A model generated the notes under the pieces. That model searched no databases. It was not told the origin of the DNA and was given only the letters and a program-made list of their open reading frames with translations. A stretch of DNA of 61,388 bases, filler included, from Sphacelaria rigidula (Eukaryota): the NCBI GenBank assembly GCA_964200075.2. It is 4 parts of 4 records of this genome, joined end to end, with 100 filler letters (N's around TTAATTAATTAA, not from the genome) between each part and the next. Parts side by side here need not be neighbours in the genome. Positions count along the whole stretch, not along the records: positions 1 to 15,275 come from CAXNAA020001828.1; 3 more parts are not named here. One strand, written 5' to 3'. This document shows positions 1 through 13,355 of this stretch, one piece after another; the stretch's first letter is position 1; every line of letters begins with the position of its first letter. A program made the position numbers and the translations under genes.

Positions 1-1001
1 TGGCTCCGATCTACACCTTTTCGGTATATATTTATGTGGGCGCACCGGCCGGGGTCACACAGGAGCTTCTGTTCTCTTTCTAACCCCCCCTTCAACAGTT
101 ATTGCCCAACACCTTGAAAAAAAAAGGCTCCATAACGAAGCCAGATCGCCGGAACGAAAAACTGGAAGACAGATTTTTCCGGTAAGTTTGGGTATCGTCG
201 TGGCATATCAGTCGATTTCGAAACCGTAACCCTGTTTCAGGGAGAAAATCGTAAGGGTGCTTGAACAGGTGCGCTCTTGCGGACGCATAGAGTGAGCATG
301 TCCGGGAGCACGGGTCGCCGCCGCTATGGCGGCGGGCGGCATGCTGTGTCCCTTTGCATCGGCGTTGAGATGTACGTGGGTACGTGCATCACGGGTGTTC
401 CCATCTCCGACTAAGTGTATCTGATAGGTTGGTGATTTGCGGGGGAACGAAGGGAAGAGCCGGGCAGGAACGGAGTACAGGGCAGGGGAAATCGTGCACG
501 TGTTAACAACACACAAAGGAACAGAACAGGGCAGGCATCATACCATGAATATTTGTATGATGGAAGCGCGATGCAGCCACCCCTCCCAAAAGAAATGCAG
601 CGAAAGACAGGTATCGTGAGTCGTGTGGTTCACGGCGCAGCGTAAGGCGCCGAAACGGAAAAGTACGAGGTAAAGGTGCGTCTGTACAATCCGCTGTAGT
701 GTCGGTTTTCATCGTGCGCAGCCATCCCACACCCACCAGTGTCGTTGCAGGTCGTTCGCGTTTGCAATGGAGTACAGGTTAGTGTCAGGGTGAGGGCTGG
801 AACGGGAGTGATGTGTTGCTGAACACAACCATGAAATTATACACGGATACACGCAGCAATCGGTCATGTTTCAATGTGACATCGGAGGACAACGATGATG
901 AGTGATTCTGTACAAAAAGTGCACGTGCAACTGCATATCCGGGCACACGTATACCTTTTGAGGTGAGTTGAAGAATGTTCCATTTCAGGTGTTTCCTACT
1001 T

Positions 1002-1357
1002 CCGTAATATCCTCTGTAAACGCCCCCCCCATTAAGAACACCCCCCCCCCACCGCCAAAATCGTTTTTTGACGCCAAAAACCTTGTTTTCACCCCGGTGC
1101 GCTATGTTTTTCTGCAAAAAAAAATCGCCCCTCTACCTTTGTGTTCACCCCGGGGCGTTCTTTGTTCGCCCCCCTTTTTTTTGCGCCCCCGGGGCGTTCG
1201 TTCGTTTTTCGTGGCTCCCCACGGGGCGTTTTTTCAATCAGCTGCCTCCGCTACTGCTGCTGCTTTAGCTACATTGCTGCTGCTACAACTGTCCTGTAGC
1301 TCCTATCGTGTTTGTGCTACTGCTTCCGCTGACTGTGCTGTCTGTCGTTCCTATTGC

Positions 1358-1391
<34 letters not shown>

Positions 1392-1857
1392 ATGGTTGTT
1401 CATGTCTTTGCTGGTACGAGGAGCGCCCCTTTGGCCCGATGACTCTCGTGAGGGCAAAGTTGAGCGGACCCTCTTGTTTTTTGTTGGAGGGGCCGTCATC
1501 CCCATCCTCCTTCTCCTCACCACCCTGCGGACAACGCAAGCTCCCCCAATCACAAGCCTTTTTGCGCCTCTTGAAAGCTTGCTCGTAGATAGCGTTGGGG
1601 CCCGACATCGTGGGTTCCAAAACGAGAGAGGTACGCGTAGACGTGCTGTGGATTTTTGCAGGTAAAGACTACAAAAGGCCCACGCCCCGAGGTGTTATAT
1701 TTGCCCAATAAAATAGACGGCGCCCCGGGGCGAAAAAGCCCCGGGGTATTTTTTTTCTACGGAAGATTGCCTCTTTACCTTTGAGAACACCCCGGGGCGA
1801 TCCTCTGACGACCGGATTTAGGCGCGCCCCCCGGGGCGTTCACAGAGGATATTACGG
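1002..1857. mobile_element. Non-autonomous DNA transposon (pogo/Tc1-mariner-like termini CCGTA...TACGG)
   Basis: TIR ccgtaatatcctctgt(a/g)aacgcccc at 1002 and its reverse complement ending at 1857; many subterminal ccccggggcg palindromes; internal (TTG)n. Confidence 0.8.
1354..1392. repeat. (TTG)n microsatellite
   Basis: About 12 TTG units. Confidence 0.95.
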
Positions 1858-2162
1858 TGCATGCACGCGTGTCACACGATTCAAGGATCGTTGCGGCTGT
1901 TCCTCTCACAGTTTCAGCAATCACGAGAGCGGCTTGATCATGATCCAACCCATGGAAGAAACAGGTACAGACGTACAGGCGGCGTTACAGGCGCCAAGGC
2001 GGGTCACCATCCGCGGGATCTGACTTAATCCTGGTGACCTCCAACGACTCAACAGTTTGACATTAATGCGAAACACTACACACAGAGTGCCTTCCTATGC
2101 CATACCCCGACCACGTTGTACTACTATCTTGTACGGTACCATGTATTTTTCCTTGGACTTAA

Positions 2163-2263
2163 CCCTTAGACCGCGAGGTTAGTCTTCTTCTGTTGAATCG
2201 GCATCAATTTCAAGTGAAAAAAAGTATGCATGATCCAGAAAGACTAATCTCGCGGTCTGAGGG
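2163..2263. mobile_element. piggyBac-like MITE (101 bp) with TTAA target-site duplication
   Basis: ttaa|cccttagaccgcgaggttagtc...gactaatctcgcggtctgaggg|ttaa; core gaatcggcatcaatttcaagtg. Related copies at ~8000, 33419-35220, 37160-37340, 38900-39250 and 42720. Confidence 0.8.
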
Positions 2264-3339
2264 TTAACGACCGCCCAACCGGTGTGCTGTTTCCCGTACT
2301 ACGCGAGTGGCGACACAGACCATCATCACGTCCAAGGTATTGTAATGTGGAATGCTCACGAGGAAATAAACCGCAACATGAATCGACTGGTGAGCGGTGT
2401 TACGGCCCAGGCAACCTAACTGGACCTCGTGCGCAGGGCACTACAGTAGCACGATACTGCACAGGAAGCGCAATATGTTAATGCAAGGCATGCAGCATGC
2501 TGAGCAGCACCCAACGACCGAAGCATCGATCACCGGAAATTTACGCGCAGCAGCGAAGTTCAAGACTTGGAGAATGGAGAGAAGGCGGCCTCTTCCAATA
2601 GATCATACACACGCATGCAACACCCATCGTCTTGATGAGCTTAGAACATCGTGGTAGGTGAAGGAACTTTCATGCGTTGAAAACAAAGCAAGTGCCTACC
2701 CCCACGGACACGGTCAAACGCACTTGGTTGAAATTGAAATATACCCAGAAACATGGCACATCCGAGCTCTTACTTGCTTGGCTGCTGTGGTATGGAGAGT
2801 ACTCCATTTGTGTGCCGTGCCAGGGTAAGCTCTCGCGGTCTCAGCCATAGGGTTGTCTTCGGTGGGTCTAAAAACGGCAGCTATCAGCTCGTGTGTGTTT
2901 CAGCGGAAAGTCGGTGACCGAGCACAAATCTACGACCGATGGGAATCTCGGAACAGCGTGTCGGAGATCCTGTGGTACGCAAAGAATTTGCTGTGGGGAG
3001 AAGTCTGATGCAAATGCAAGATTGGGAATGTCTCTCCGCGACTGGAGTAGTGCGAAGATGAAGCCAAGACGTGTCATGGACATCGTGGATATGTCACAGG
3101 GCAGCTCTACTGCAGTATAATATAGTACAGCACAGCACAGCACAGCACAGTGCTCAGCATCAAAAGAGCACCGTGATTATGCCCGCAGTGATGTCTGGTG
3201 ATGATTGTTGCATTGATATGATTCGGGGAGAGCAATGTGCTACGCTGGAGCTGAGGGTTGAAGCTGAAGCTCGTTTCCGTGTGGTGGGAGGCAGTGTGTT
3301 CGAGTGCCATATCGTGTGTGTGTTGTCGTCCCATCTATT

Positions 3340-3465
3340 CTGGACGCCGGTCTACACCTTTCGGTATGTACGGGCGCATCAGCCGGGGTCACACAGGAGG
3401 AAGGTCAACACGGGAGTTTTGTCTTTTTTGTTTGTTTTTAATATCTCACCTTCCTTTTGCGGTAT
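3340..3465 (+). repeat. Dispersed SINE-like repeat (tctacacctttcggta...gggcgca.c.gccggggtcacacaggag)
   Basis: The same motif occurs at 11-64 and, degenerate, at 7043-7100 directly after a (GT)n tract. Confidence 0.65.
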
Positions 3466-6400
3466 ATCATGGCTAACCAAAAAAAGGAGGGTGTGATAGC
3501 TGAAAGAGTGCACAAGAATCAAGAAGCAAAAAGTACGACAGGGAACTAGCTATCTTGCTGCTTTTGTGTGACACTAGAGTGGTCAGCGTAACGAGCACTC
3601 TCGCCTATTGAACACCGGCACGAGGTGAAGTCAAGCGCGGCCACAACATGTGAATTCCGTACCGTATAGGTGAAAAACACTCGAGTCGCGGTCGTGTCGA
3701 GCGTCGCTCGTTATTCTCACAACACAACTATACCGCACCCAGGTACAGCATCTATTTGGAAATCACGCGAAAGTATCCACACTGAGCGCCCGAATTACCC
3801 GCAATGATGGTCATAGTTTGACTGTTCGTTTGCCCTGCAGTTGTGATTACAACATCAAGGATAGCGTAACCAGAGGCAAAACAAGAGAGTATGGCAGGGT
3901 ATTTGCTGCTGGTAGTTCACCGCCGTGGGGGACTGATTCGTGCAGACCGTTGTGATGCCAAACCGCAGTTTGCGGGGTACACTCCACCGGTTCTTTTCAT
4001 TCCATCCTCAATCTTCTCCAGACTACATTACAGACAGTGCACGTAATATCGAAACTTGCGTCGGAGTGCTTCCGAGAAGTGTCCAATGCGCGACTATTTT
4101 GGCAGTGCGGGATATTCATTTTCTCTCTCAAGAGTACCCAAGCTACCAAGAGCCTCGTCATACGCGGTGCGCCTGGGCAAATTCCCCATACAATGCGTTT
4201 ACTACATTGTGCAGTTCCAGCGCAAAAAGCACAGATAAATAGAGTTACAGGGCCCACACAATTGATGTCGCCGCAAGATGCAAGTGCCTCTGAGCAAAAT
4301 ACTAATATAGATCCTGGGCGTGCCTGCTGAGATTGCAACCATGAACTTAGCCCATCACGTTCGCTTACGCACCATGAATCTAAACACGACAGAATCCCTG
4401 ACATTATCTTCATGACGGCCACCCTTAACCTCCATGTCTGATTTCTTGCAGCACGTGTTAGTACGGGCACTCGTCCTTGAAGTCCACACTACCTTCGTCC
4501 CCACACACGAACATTCCTCGTGAGATTGCGGATTTTCCTGTTGTATTAAAAAACTGGTGCCGCATGAGACGTAACGGTGGTGCACCATTCTCTGCTCAGC
4601 ACAGTTTTAGTGAAGTGTGGAGACGTAGTATGGTTATCGGCCATGCCAGTGGTGGTTCGCATGAGCACATCACACGCTGACATCCAAACCCGACGTTATG
4701 AATCAATCTCATGACTGCGTGTTTCTTACGCGTTCTCTATATCTGGCGCCACCACCCCTGCAATTACAAACCATGGAAGCATCGCTCATGAGCGTTCCGC
4801 GTCATAGCTGCATGATGTGGCCGACGCGCAGGGAGGGGTGGGAGGCGAGGAGATGAATTGCAAGTCCAGGATGCCCGGGATGACGACATTTTGGTAGCAA
4901 GTGCTGTGGGGGTGACCAATGGAAATTGGCGCAAATTGGTATGCTACTGAGTCGTTGGGAACTCGGACACTGCTCTCACGTGTCATGTTTGTGGTGACGC
5001 AAGGCACAGGGGGTTGTTCGCCTACGCGGCGAGTGTGGCCGGAGATGGATAAGGTTCAGAGCTTGCATAGCAGGTATTAATATGCGGTCAGTGTGGTGCG
5101 CGCCGCCGAAACCTCACGTTTGTTGGAACGTCAATTTTGACCTGAAAAAAAGAAAGGTGATTGCAGACTACAGGAAATAGACGAGGCGTAGATATGGCCT
5201 GCAGAGGAGATCAGGCTAGTGAAGTCACCCACCAACAGTTCAATACTGCACCTTGACTATACTGCACACAATGCATGATACAAGTGCGTCGTCAGTGGAA
5301 GGAACATTATGAGCATGTTTTGATGGTGCCGTCACATATTTGGAACACGCCTGCTGGCTTCTTTCATCGCAGCCCTCATCCGACTGCGTATCTCACCACG
5401 TTTTGTAGTGAGCCACAAGATTCAGCGTGGATATCCGAGCGTTGAGCACATTTCGCAGTATTTATACAATGCATAGGGTGAAATGACTACTCACTCACTG
5501 CGAAACAAGAGCTAACGAGGGGCAGCAGGTCACATCCGAGACATTAGTGCACGCTCTGTACCGTGATCGAGAAGACTGACTACCTCAATTCGATTCGGTG
5601 CCGTACGAGTACCTACTAGCAGTGCCTCGTCAACCTTGTTGGCAGCCACGCATTTAACCGAACAAATGCGATTGCTGTGCTGCACTATGTTCGAGGGAGG
5701 GTTGACCCTTTTACCGCCACCCCCGTGAGATTGCTTAGTGTTATCTACTGCTGTCCAGGTAGCAACTGGGACTGAATTGTTGCGACACAAGCGACTTGCA
5801 TGAGTGCACGTTGAACATGCCTCAATGTACAGAAATCAGCGCCCCAAAAATCCTACCGGTGTGGCCAGTCGACAAGTGAAATTTTGCTCATTTATGCCGA
5901 CAAGTACGTACATCACGACGTCGTTGGATTCATGTGCTGCAGCAAGCGGTGCTTCACCCTTGCCACGGCTACGTACTGCTAGGATGGGCGAATGATATCC
6001 ATCAATAAACCCTCCCTTGATACGGACATTTTTTCGCCAGTTTGTATCGTTTTAACTGGAAGTGTAACGACTGCACTGCCGGAATGGGTGATATGGAACC
6101 GTTTCACTAAAGAATCCGTAAGGAATATTTCCGACCAGTCGATTCCCAAATTTCAAAGTAACCAACCAGAATGCCAGTAGCTTCCCAACTTTCAAATCAT
6201 GAGGCCTGTCCTCACAGATAACGCATGTTTGTGTCATCTGTGCTATTTCACAATTTAATTTGAGCTGTGGCTGCCGCAAACAGAGCGAACATCACACGTG
6301 ATTGCTCAGATTCTCACTGGGTTCGAGTCGTGTGCTTACACATGCACGGCTCGTTTTCAATTGCTCACCTCTTTTTTCTCCACATCTTTCGAAAAGATTG

Positions 6401-6952
6401 ATAAGGTCGTTTCGCATCGCAACACACCTGTGATCATGTATTGAATCGCATATACGAATGGTGCATGCTCATGTTTTCGCAATTCGATTACCAGAATACT
6501 ATGGCCGCGAGGGTGGATCAGTAGACTTTACCCCAGTTCGAGGCAGCTGAGTCATGGTTCAGTTATACACTTGGATTTAGTTTTGACAATATTTTCAAGA
6601 CGGCTACGCGTGCGCAGCACGCCTTGCCTAGGGAACAACATGCACACCCCTCGCGCGAGGGTTCTTGGTCTGCCTCGGGTTAGGGTGAGGTGGATCACGC
6701 CTAGGTTTCGCAGCCACTTTTCAAGCAAAACTGATACTGATTCAACGTATGATCGACCCTGGCTGTCAAGCTTCGACTTGATAAGTATGGGCAACCAGGC
6801 TCAGCGAGCTCAAGATTGTCCAATAGGAAGCCACGCCAGTGTCCCCTGGTCGGTTGCCATTTGCGTCTCATCTGTCGAGCGTGATCCACTCTCTGTGCTT
6901 GTTCATCACGCGAAATGCAGTTGCCATGCTGCAAGAAAAGCACTCTGCCGCG

Positions 6953-6955
<3 letters not shown>

Positions 6956-7015
<60 letters not shown>

Positions 7016-7040
7016 TTTGTGTGTGTGTGTATGTGTGTGT
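6956..7040. repeat. (GT)n microsatellite
   Basis: About 40 GT units with two interruptions. Confidence 0.97.
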
Positions 7041-8299
7041 TCTGGACGGCAGTCTACACCTGTGGGAGCATCAGCAAGGTTCACACAGGAGGAAGAGTCA
7101 ATGAAGAATTTTTCGGTAATCAATTTCATTAGATACACATCATCATTCAGAACCCTTTACTGATGTCCTTGCACATACATGTTTCACGTGAAATTAGAGA
7201 CGTCGAAACAAGCCAAATGCTCCGACACGATATCCTCTTCATGGAGTTTCTAGCCGACACCGTCACTGAATCCTGAGCAGTCTATTTGACTGTGTGCCCC
7301 AACACCCCCTGCAGCACACTGCAAAAGCAAGTTCTGGCTTGAATGTCAAAAGCAGGCTGTTTCAGAGGTGATATGGTCATTAGAAAAATCTTTCCTACGA
7401 CGTACGTATTCTAAGTAGGTACTCAAAAATCAGCTTGCGCAGTGCTTCTCAGAATACTGTGCAGAGCTGCTTGTAAACCTCGTACCACCAGCATGTTCTC
7501 TCGTGTTGTTCGAGGCTTGAAACACAACGGTAGTGTCCACCATCGCGTACCGGCATAAAACACAAGGATAAGGAGTAGATATCACCACCTCGTAGGTGGG
7601 ACTTGGCCTACTTGACACAGCCTCACCACCGGAATTCGGATCTGTAGTGGGGTTGACAGTCCCAAGTGCTTCTGGCGTGCGCAGAACGATTTTTCATCTA
7701 CATCTGCGCCTGATGTCTACCAGTACATACTTCGTCTAGGGCACACTTTGCACCCCCCTTGCCCAAAGGCTCCCCGTATGCCTGGTTGGTGTTAGGGCTA
7801 GGGCTAGCGTTATTTCAAAACAATGAAACTGCGAGAAAGTTCTTCAACCTACCAAGTGGTAAAAGGACCTCATAACAAGGGTTTTGGAAGTGGTCGCTGG
7901 GGCACTTTGAGCCAGCGACCAGCGACTGACCATCCCCAATCGTTTTGTCTGTGCTGTATATCCGCAGTTTGCTTACACCCTAATTGATTGCTAGATTAAC
8001 CCCGAGACCACGGTGCGGGTAGTCCACCTAGATCACCATTACTTTTTCCGAGTGAGTACTGATGCCGATTCAGCTGGTGACCTACTCTCGCTGTCAATAG
8101 TTCAGCTGTATACAGTGTACTGTCGCTCGTCCCTGTACAGTTCACGGGTTCCCGGGTGTGCGCTCAGTGCCGTGGTGTACTTACTGGGTGTCAGACTGCT
8201 AAATAAAGCACCTCACATGTTTTTGACTTGCAAACATGCCTTTGCCGCCAGCAGGTGCTGTTGAGCAGTGCGTGAAATCGTGGGGAGAAAATATATCCC

Positions 8300-8700
8300 A
8301 TATGGGGGGAAACAAGGATCCACCCACACCTTTAAAAAGTATCCCAAGCTCGAGATTCCCGTTACATTCACCGGTTGTTCATTCACTGCAATTTACCTGA
8401 GTTTGAGATGACCATCCATCCATCTCAAACTCGAGATTCCCGGTATATTGTACTTTAAATACTGTCAACTATACCGGGAACCTCGAGTTTGAAATACCTC
8501 CACTAAAAGAGGGGGGAAACAAGGATTTGCACACACTTTTGAGAGGTATCCGACGCTCGAGATTCCCTGCATATATCCCGGGAATTGATCACTATAATTT
8601 ACATTACATTACAGTGAATGCCGTTATTGGTATACCGGTATATTTCACTGACTTTCATTACAGGGAAATGTAGTGAAGTATACCGCGAGCCTCAAATTCA
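8300..8700. repeat. Local direct and inverted repeats built on ctcgagattcccggtata
   Basis: gggggaaacaaggat...gtatcc...ctcgagattccc at ~8304 and ~8512; inverted tataccgggaacctcgagtttga at ~8470; related sequence at ~30900. Confidence 0.6.
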
Positions 8701-8846
8701 AGATACTTCTACGGTCTTATTTTTTCCGTTCTTCGTCACATTTTGTGGGGCTTGTCCCTTCAGTCTGTTGTGTGATGTACTACGCATCCGCATGTACTGT
8801 TGTCGACAACTGCTGGAGCCGTCAAGCCTGCCATAAGGTGATTCTA

Positions 8847-8969
8847 GGCGCCGAATTAAGGTCTACCAACGTACACTTTGCCTAGAACAATCTCGGTACC
8901 CCTCTTGCCCGAGGGTCTTCATATGCCTTGGTCGGGGTCAGGATCAGGGTTAGGGTTAGCGTTAGCGTT
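8847..8969 (+). repeat. Dispersed ~120-bp repeat ending in TTAGGG-like units
   Basis: ggcgccgaattaaggtctaccaacgtacactttg...ttgcccgagg...tatgccttgg...agggttagggttag. Copies at ~7705-7812 (+), 9485-9598 (-) and 40223-40335 (-), partial at ~6620-6690. Confidence 0.7.
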
Positions 8970-11900
8970 ACTTCATAATCAGTAGGCAGGGTACACAGAC
9001 AGTGCGGCTGGTTACGATGCAGAATTTTCAAGATATGTGGTAACCAACCAGTAAACGCCTCGCCATCCAAAACTACACCCGCCCTTGCAGATTCCGGGAT
9101 ACCATCTGGAGAAAGCTGGCGGTCGAAGGGTTACAACGCTGAAAGGATGTGATGAAAATCACAGTATCCACAAAAAATCATGTGACCGGCGTTGTGACCT
9201 CTGCACGGTCTCGCCACCAAGGTGTCAAGCGTGCGCTCTCGGTGGGCGACCCAGCCGGTGGTGCTTACTACTGTCGTGTCGCAAGACTGAATTTCCCTCA
9301 TTTTGGTCACTCCCGTGAACAGACAGTGAGTTCGCGGATACGAAGTAAAAAAATCATGTCACCCACGGTTCCCAATCAAGCGTCAATGCCGAGATATGAT
9401 GACACATCGCTGCAGCATTGAAGGGTCTCACGCTTTGGTCGTAAGAATGTTTGACAGCGTCCTAGAATATGTAGTATTTTGAACTAACCCTGACCCTAAC
9501 CCTAACCCGGCCAAGGCATACGAGAGTCCTCGGGAGCGGGGGGTGCAAGGGTCGCTCTGGGGAAAGTGTGCGTTGACAGACCTTCAAATCGGTGCCTACG
9601 GCGGCAAGCTAGGAGCGCTTGGTACTGTCAGCCACTCCGCTGATCCGAATATCGGCGTTTAATCTAAAATTAGATCATCAACCATTTTTTGCGGCTAATG
9701 TGCAAGCTCCACTGACAGCACTGCATTGCAACATACTTCCATATACCACAATGCTAAACGAAAAAGTAGAATAGAATTTGATGATCAACCGTTGGACTGT
9801 ACAGTGTGAGGTGGAAATTCTTCGAAGTCCAAGCGTTGGCAAAAAAAGATCGCGTTCTCTGCACACCAGCCGCTCGTTGCTCGGAAATGCGCAATACAGA
9901 CGTGGTACAGTACAACAAAGTGCACTCTGTAGTACCAAGTGGTTCATTTGCTTTGCTTGATGCCTCGAGTGAAGCCAAATCGCGTGCTCGATGCCAGGCA
10001 CAAGTTAACAAGGCTTGGTATCCGCGGGTATGTTTCCCAAAACTCAGTAAAGGTACAAAATACCTCAAATCCAGGGATGGTTCATGGTTTCAAGCAGACG
10101 CCCGTGAAGCACCGCACGCAACGAGGCAATGCCTCCGCATATCGCATTTGGTGTTTCAAATGTGCTGCCAATGACGTACGATGGCGATGCCACCCGTGGA
10201 AGGGTAGGTGAGAGCGCGTGAGCACCTTTGCTCGGCTTGTGAGAAGCAAACGCTCCGGTACGCAGTGCCGCGCTTCTCCAGAAACTCTCATCACACAGTG
10301 GAGTTCGTTTCTCGCGTTGCTGCCTTGCTGCCCCAGATGCAGCAGGTGTCTAGTTCTTGCACCAAACACCGCCACAGGACAGCGTTGATTTCATGTTCAA
10401 GGTACTCAACGTCCCTAACACTGCTGACCGAAGAGTGCGTTACATGTGTCGACTCGAAGCGGCGGTTGCCGCGAGACGGGCACGTGTACTTGGGGGTCAG
10501 CTATCACGCGGCCGCCCAGCGAACTACAATTTCGAGCGAACAGTTCAAATGTGCACGCGACGTTTTGCCGTCTATAGATGAGGACATGGAAATACCGGGA
10601 TTGCTGTGTCTTTCGCGGCTGCAATGGAACCCCCCGGTTTGTTGCTGAACCAAATCATGCACAAGTAACAATTGACTCAAAGATCCTAGACTTGCCACAG
10701 CATCGCTTCCGAGGTGAGTGCAGCCGTTGCGTGCTTTCAGTGAGTGAAATTTGCAGCGGATACAGGTTGACCGGTAGAAAAACACCGGAAAACTCTGAAT
10801 GTGTCGCAAATACCACGGCCGACCCAACCCGTAGCGTACTAAAGGTAAAATTTTAGCATATTTTGAATGAAGTGTTCCATTTTTAGAGTTCCACCAAAAG
10901 TATATTGTTATACGAAGATAAAAAAGCTTGTGTTGTAGGGCGGCGTAGGGCTAGTTTGGCCAAACCCAGGTCTGTATCCCGGCGTCAAAGGGAGGGGAGC
11001 TTTCTCAGGGCGAACATAATATTTTTTGTACGATATGCGGCGGAACCCAACATGAGGTTGCAAGGCTACGTCATGATGACCAGGTGAAACGACCACCGTT
11101 TGCCTCACAAGTCGTGCTCGTGAAAGATATCCCAGTTTAAAGAGGCGCAGAACAGTAGACAAGGGATAGTGTTCAACCCTGGGAAGTGTCCACAAGAACG
11201 CCCCAAGACACGAGGGTATGCTAATTGCGGTAAACTATTCTGTACTCTCATGATCCCGTTAGAGAACACGTACCAACGTGTACAAGGCTTCGGTGTTTGC
11301 GCCGCAGTGCTCGTAGAGAGCGATGTACTGTGCTGCACTATCAATACTGTACTGAACAGTACTGCACGCTAACCGGGCTGTGCTATATGTGACGGCGTCT
11401 CAAGTCCGGTTTCGTGGATGAGGTTTACGTCCCCCCTTGTGCGGTCTAGGTTTGATTTCTGGATCTTGGATATTTTCTCATGCAGTATTTCGAAACGTGG
11501 GATGGATTTTGGGAGATAGGTTTCAGGTTTTCAATCAGGGGAATTCGACGTACTTCACACCTTAAACCTAGCCGTAAGTTCTCATTCCTAGATCCTGGGA
11601 TGGAAGGGGACCGTTTGAGAAGGGTTGAACACGTACACGGCACACGGTACAGCGCATCACGTTTCACACTCCCGGCAGGATAACATACAAACACCCATAC
11701 GAAAAGTAGTCAATCAGCCTCAAACGTACAGGTGCTGGGCAATCGCTCGCTCTGGAACTTCCGGTCTATACCGTCCGTATCGCACTGGCACTGAATAAAC
11801 GACAACAGAGACTGCATTTGGAGCGGGACACATTCGCTTGGTAACTTACCAATCAGATCGCTCCATTTCGCTTGGGAATCGCCAGGGGAGTACTCTAAAA

Positions 11901-12587
11901 CCAACTGTTCGTGCGGTCTAACTCGTAGTGCGTTTCAGCTCAATACAGTATCATAGCATAGATTATACAGTACTGTACACTAAACACAATACAGTAGTAC
12001 GGTACAGTACAGGCGCCCAACGCACGGCACCCGCAGGGGTGTCGCAGCAACGGACAGCGCGTTGTTCGTCTCACCGAAGACGAAACTGTCAACACACCCA
12101 TGAAGCTTTCAACAGTGTGCGACTATCATAACATTGTTTTCTGGAGAGACGAACACAACGACAATATCGCAGCCCATGCAATCCAAACCGTGTTCGCAAT
12201 GCGTGAACAACCCACAACAGAACAGACAGTGGAAGTTCCGACACATGAGAGATGGCTTGAGTGTTTTTGCTGCGGTACAGTAGTGCAGCAGGACATGTCC
12301 CATGTTTTAGTCCTCCGTCTGATTGTGGAGGGGTCTTCAATTTGGGCCAGTGCCGAGTTTGAACACTCGGCCATAGTCGCGCTTCTTTCACTTCACTTCG
12401 GATTACCGCAATCTCTGTGTGGGAGGTTTGGCTTGAGATGCGGGCAGGCTTCGCCCGCTAATTTAGTTAAGCAAATTTTGTCCCGGTACATCTTCAGTTT
12501 GCCCAGTACAACAGTAGGGCGATGCAGCTACTGTACCCTCATGTTCAAGAACCTAACATAGATGCAGATATGAACACAGCTTCTCAC

Positions 12588-13355
12588 CGACGGAGTAGCT
12601 GCAGAGGTGGACGCCTGCCGCGCACCACCTGGCAAAGGGAGAGTGACATTGCTCAAACCAGGACTGATGGGGGCGAATCCTACCGATGACGTTAGTCTTT
12701 CAAAGTCCCGTACCGCAGCCCTCCCCCCCGCCTCCACCACAACTGGGACGTCAGTTTCAGGTTCAGCCGAAGGTCTGCCTCGGTTCTCCGCGGGTGGGGC
12801 CGGAGTAGCCACGGACGTGTACACCTGCGGTGCAGCACCTGCCAACGGGAGAGCGACATTGCTTAGACCAGGACTGATGGGAGTGAATCCCACGGATATT
12901 TTTCGTCTTCCGACGTCCTCTGATGCCGTCTGTCCTTCTCCCTCTCCCTCCACCATAACTGAGGTGTCAATCTCACGTTCAGCACCTGGAGCGCCTTGTT
13001 TCTCAAAGGATGGGGCCATGTCACTGGAGACCACTTCGCTCACAGAAGCCACGGGATCGACGCTGGGAATAGCCATTTCGCCGCCTGGAGGTAGTGTTTC
13101 CGCAGGTTCAAGACTTTCCACAGTAATCTTATCGGTTGCTGTGATTGAACCAAAAGAGGTTGCTGGTGAGATCTTTGTTGATGTAATTGTTGTTTCCTCT
13201 GCTGTCATGTTGTCGGTCGGTGCGGCGGCACTGAGAGAGGCTGTCGGTATGCCTGTTGTAGTCGTGGTCCCGGTTGGCGATGGGGGTGACGTTATCATGT
13301 CTTTCTCGGGGAGCACAAGAAAACGCTCATCTTGTCCTACTTCCACTTCCGACAT
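12588..13355 (-). CDS. Exon of an unknown Ser/Thr/Pro/Glu-rich protein with an internally duplicated ~32-aa motif
   Basis: 256-codon open frame from ATG 13355 to donor TCG|gtgaga. The motif SVGF(T/A)PISPGLSNV(A/T)LPL occurs twice. A possible next exon is 11904-11850 (cag|LVLEYSPGDSQAKWSDLI G|gtaagt). Confidence 0.65.

Noticed and set aside
968-1665. ORFs with poly-C, poly-L or poly-N tracts
   Set aside because: They are translations of (TTG)n inside a MITE.
6571-7163. ORFs with CVCV/HTHT runs
   Set aside because: They are translations of a (GT)n microsatellite.
208-12400. Scattered possible minus-strand exons (e.g. 208-420, ~2870-3045, ~10225-10350)
   Set aside because: Some have plausible acceptors, but there is no recognisable protein and no consistent in-frame chain.
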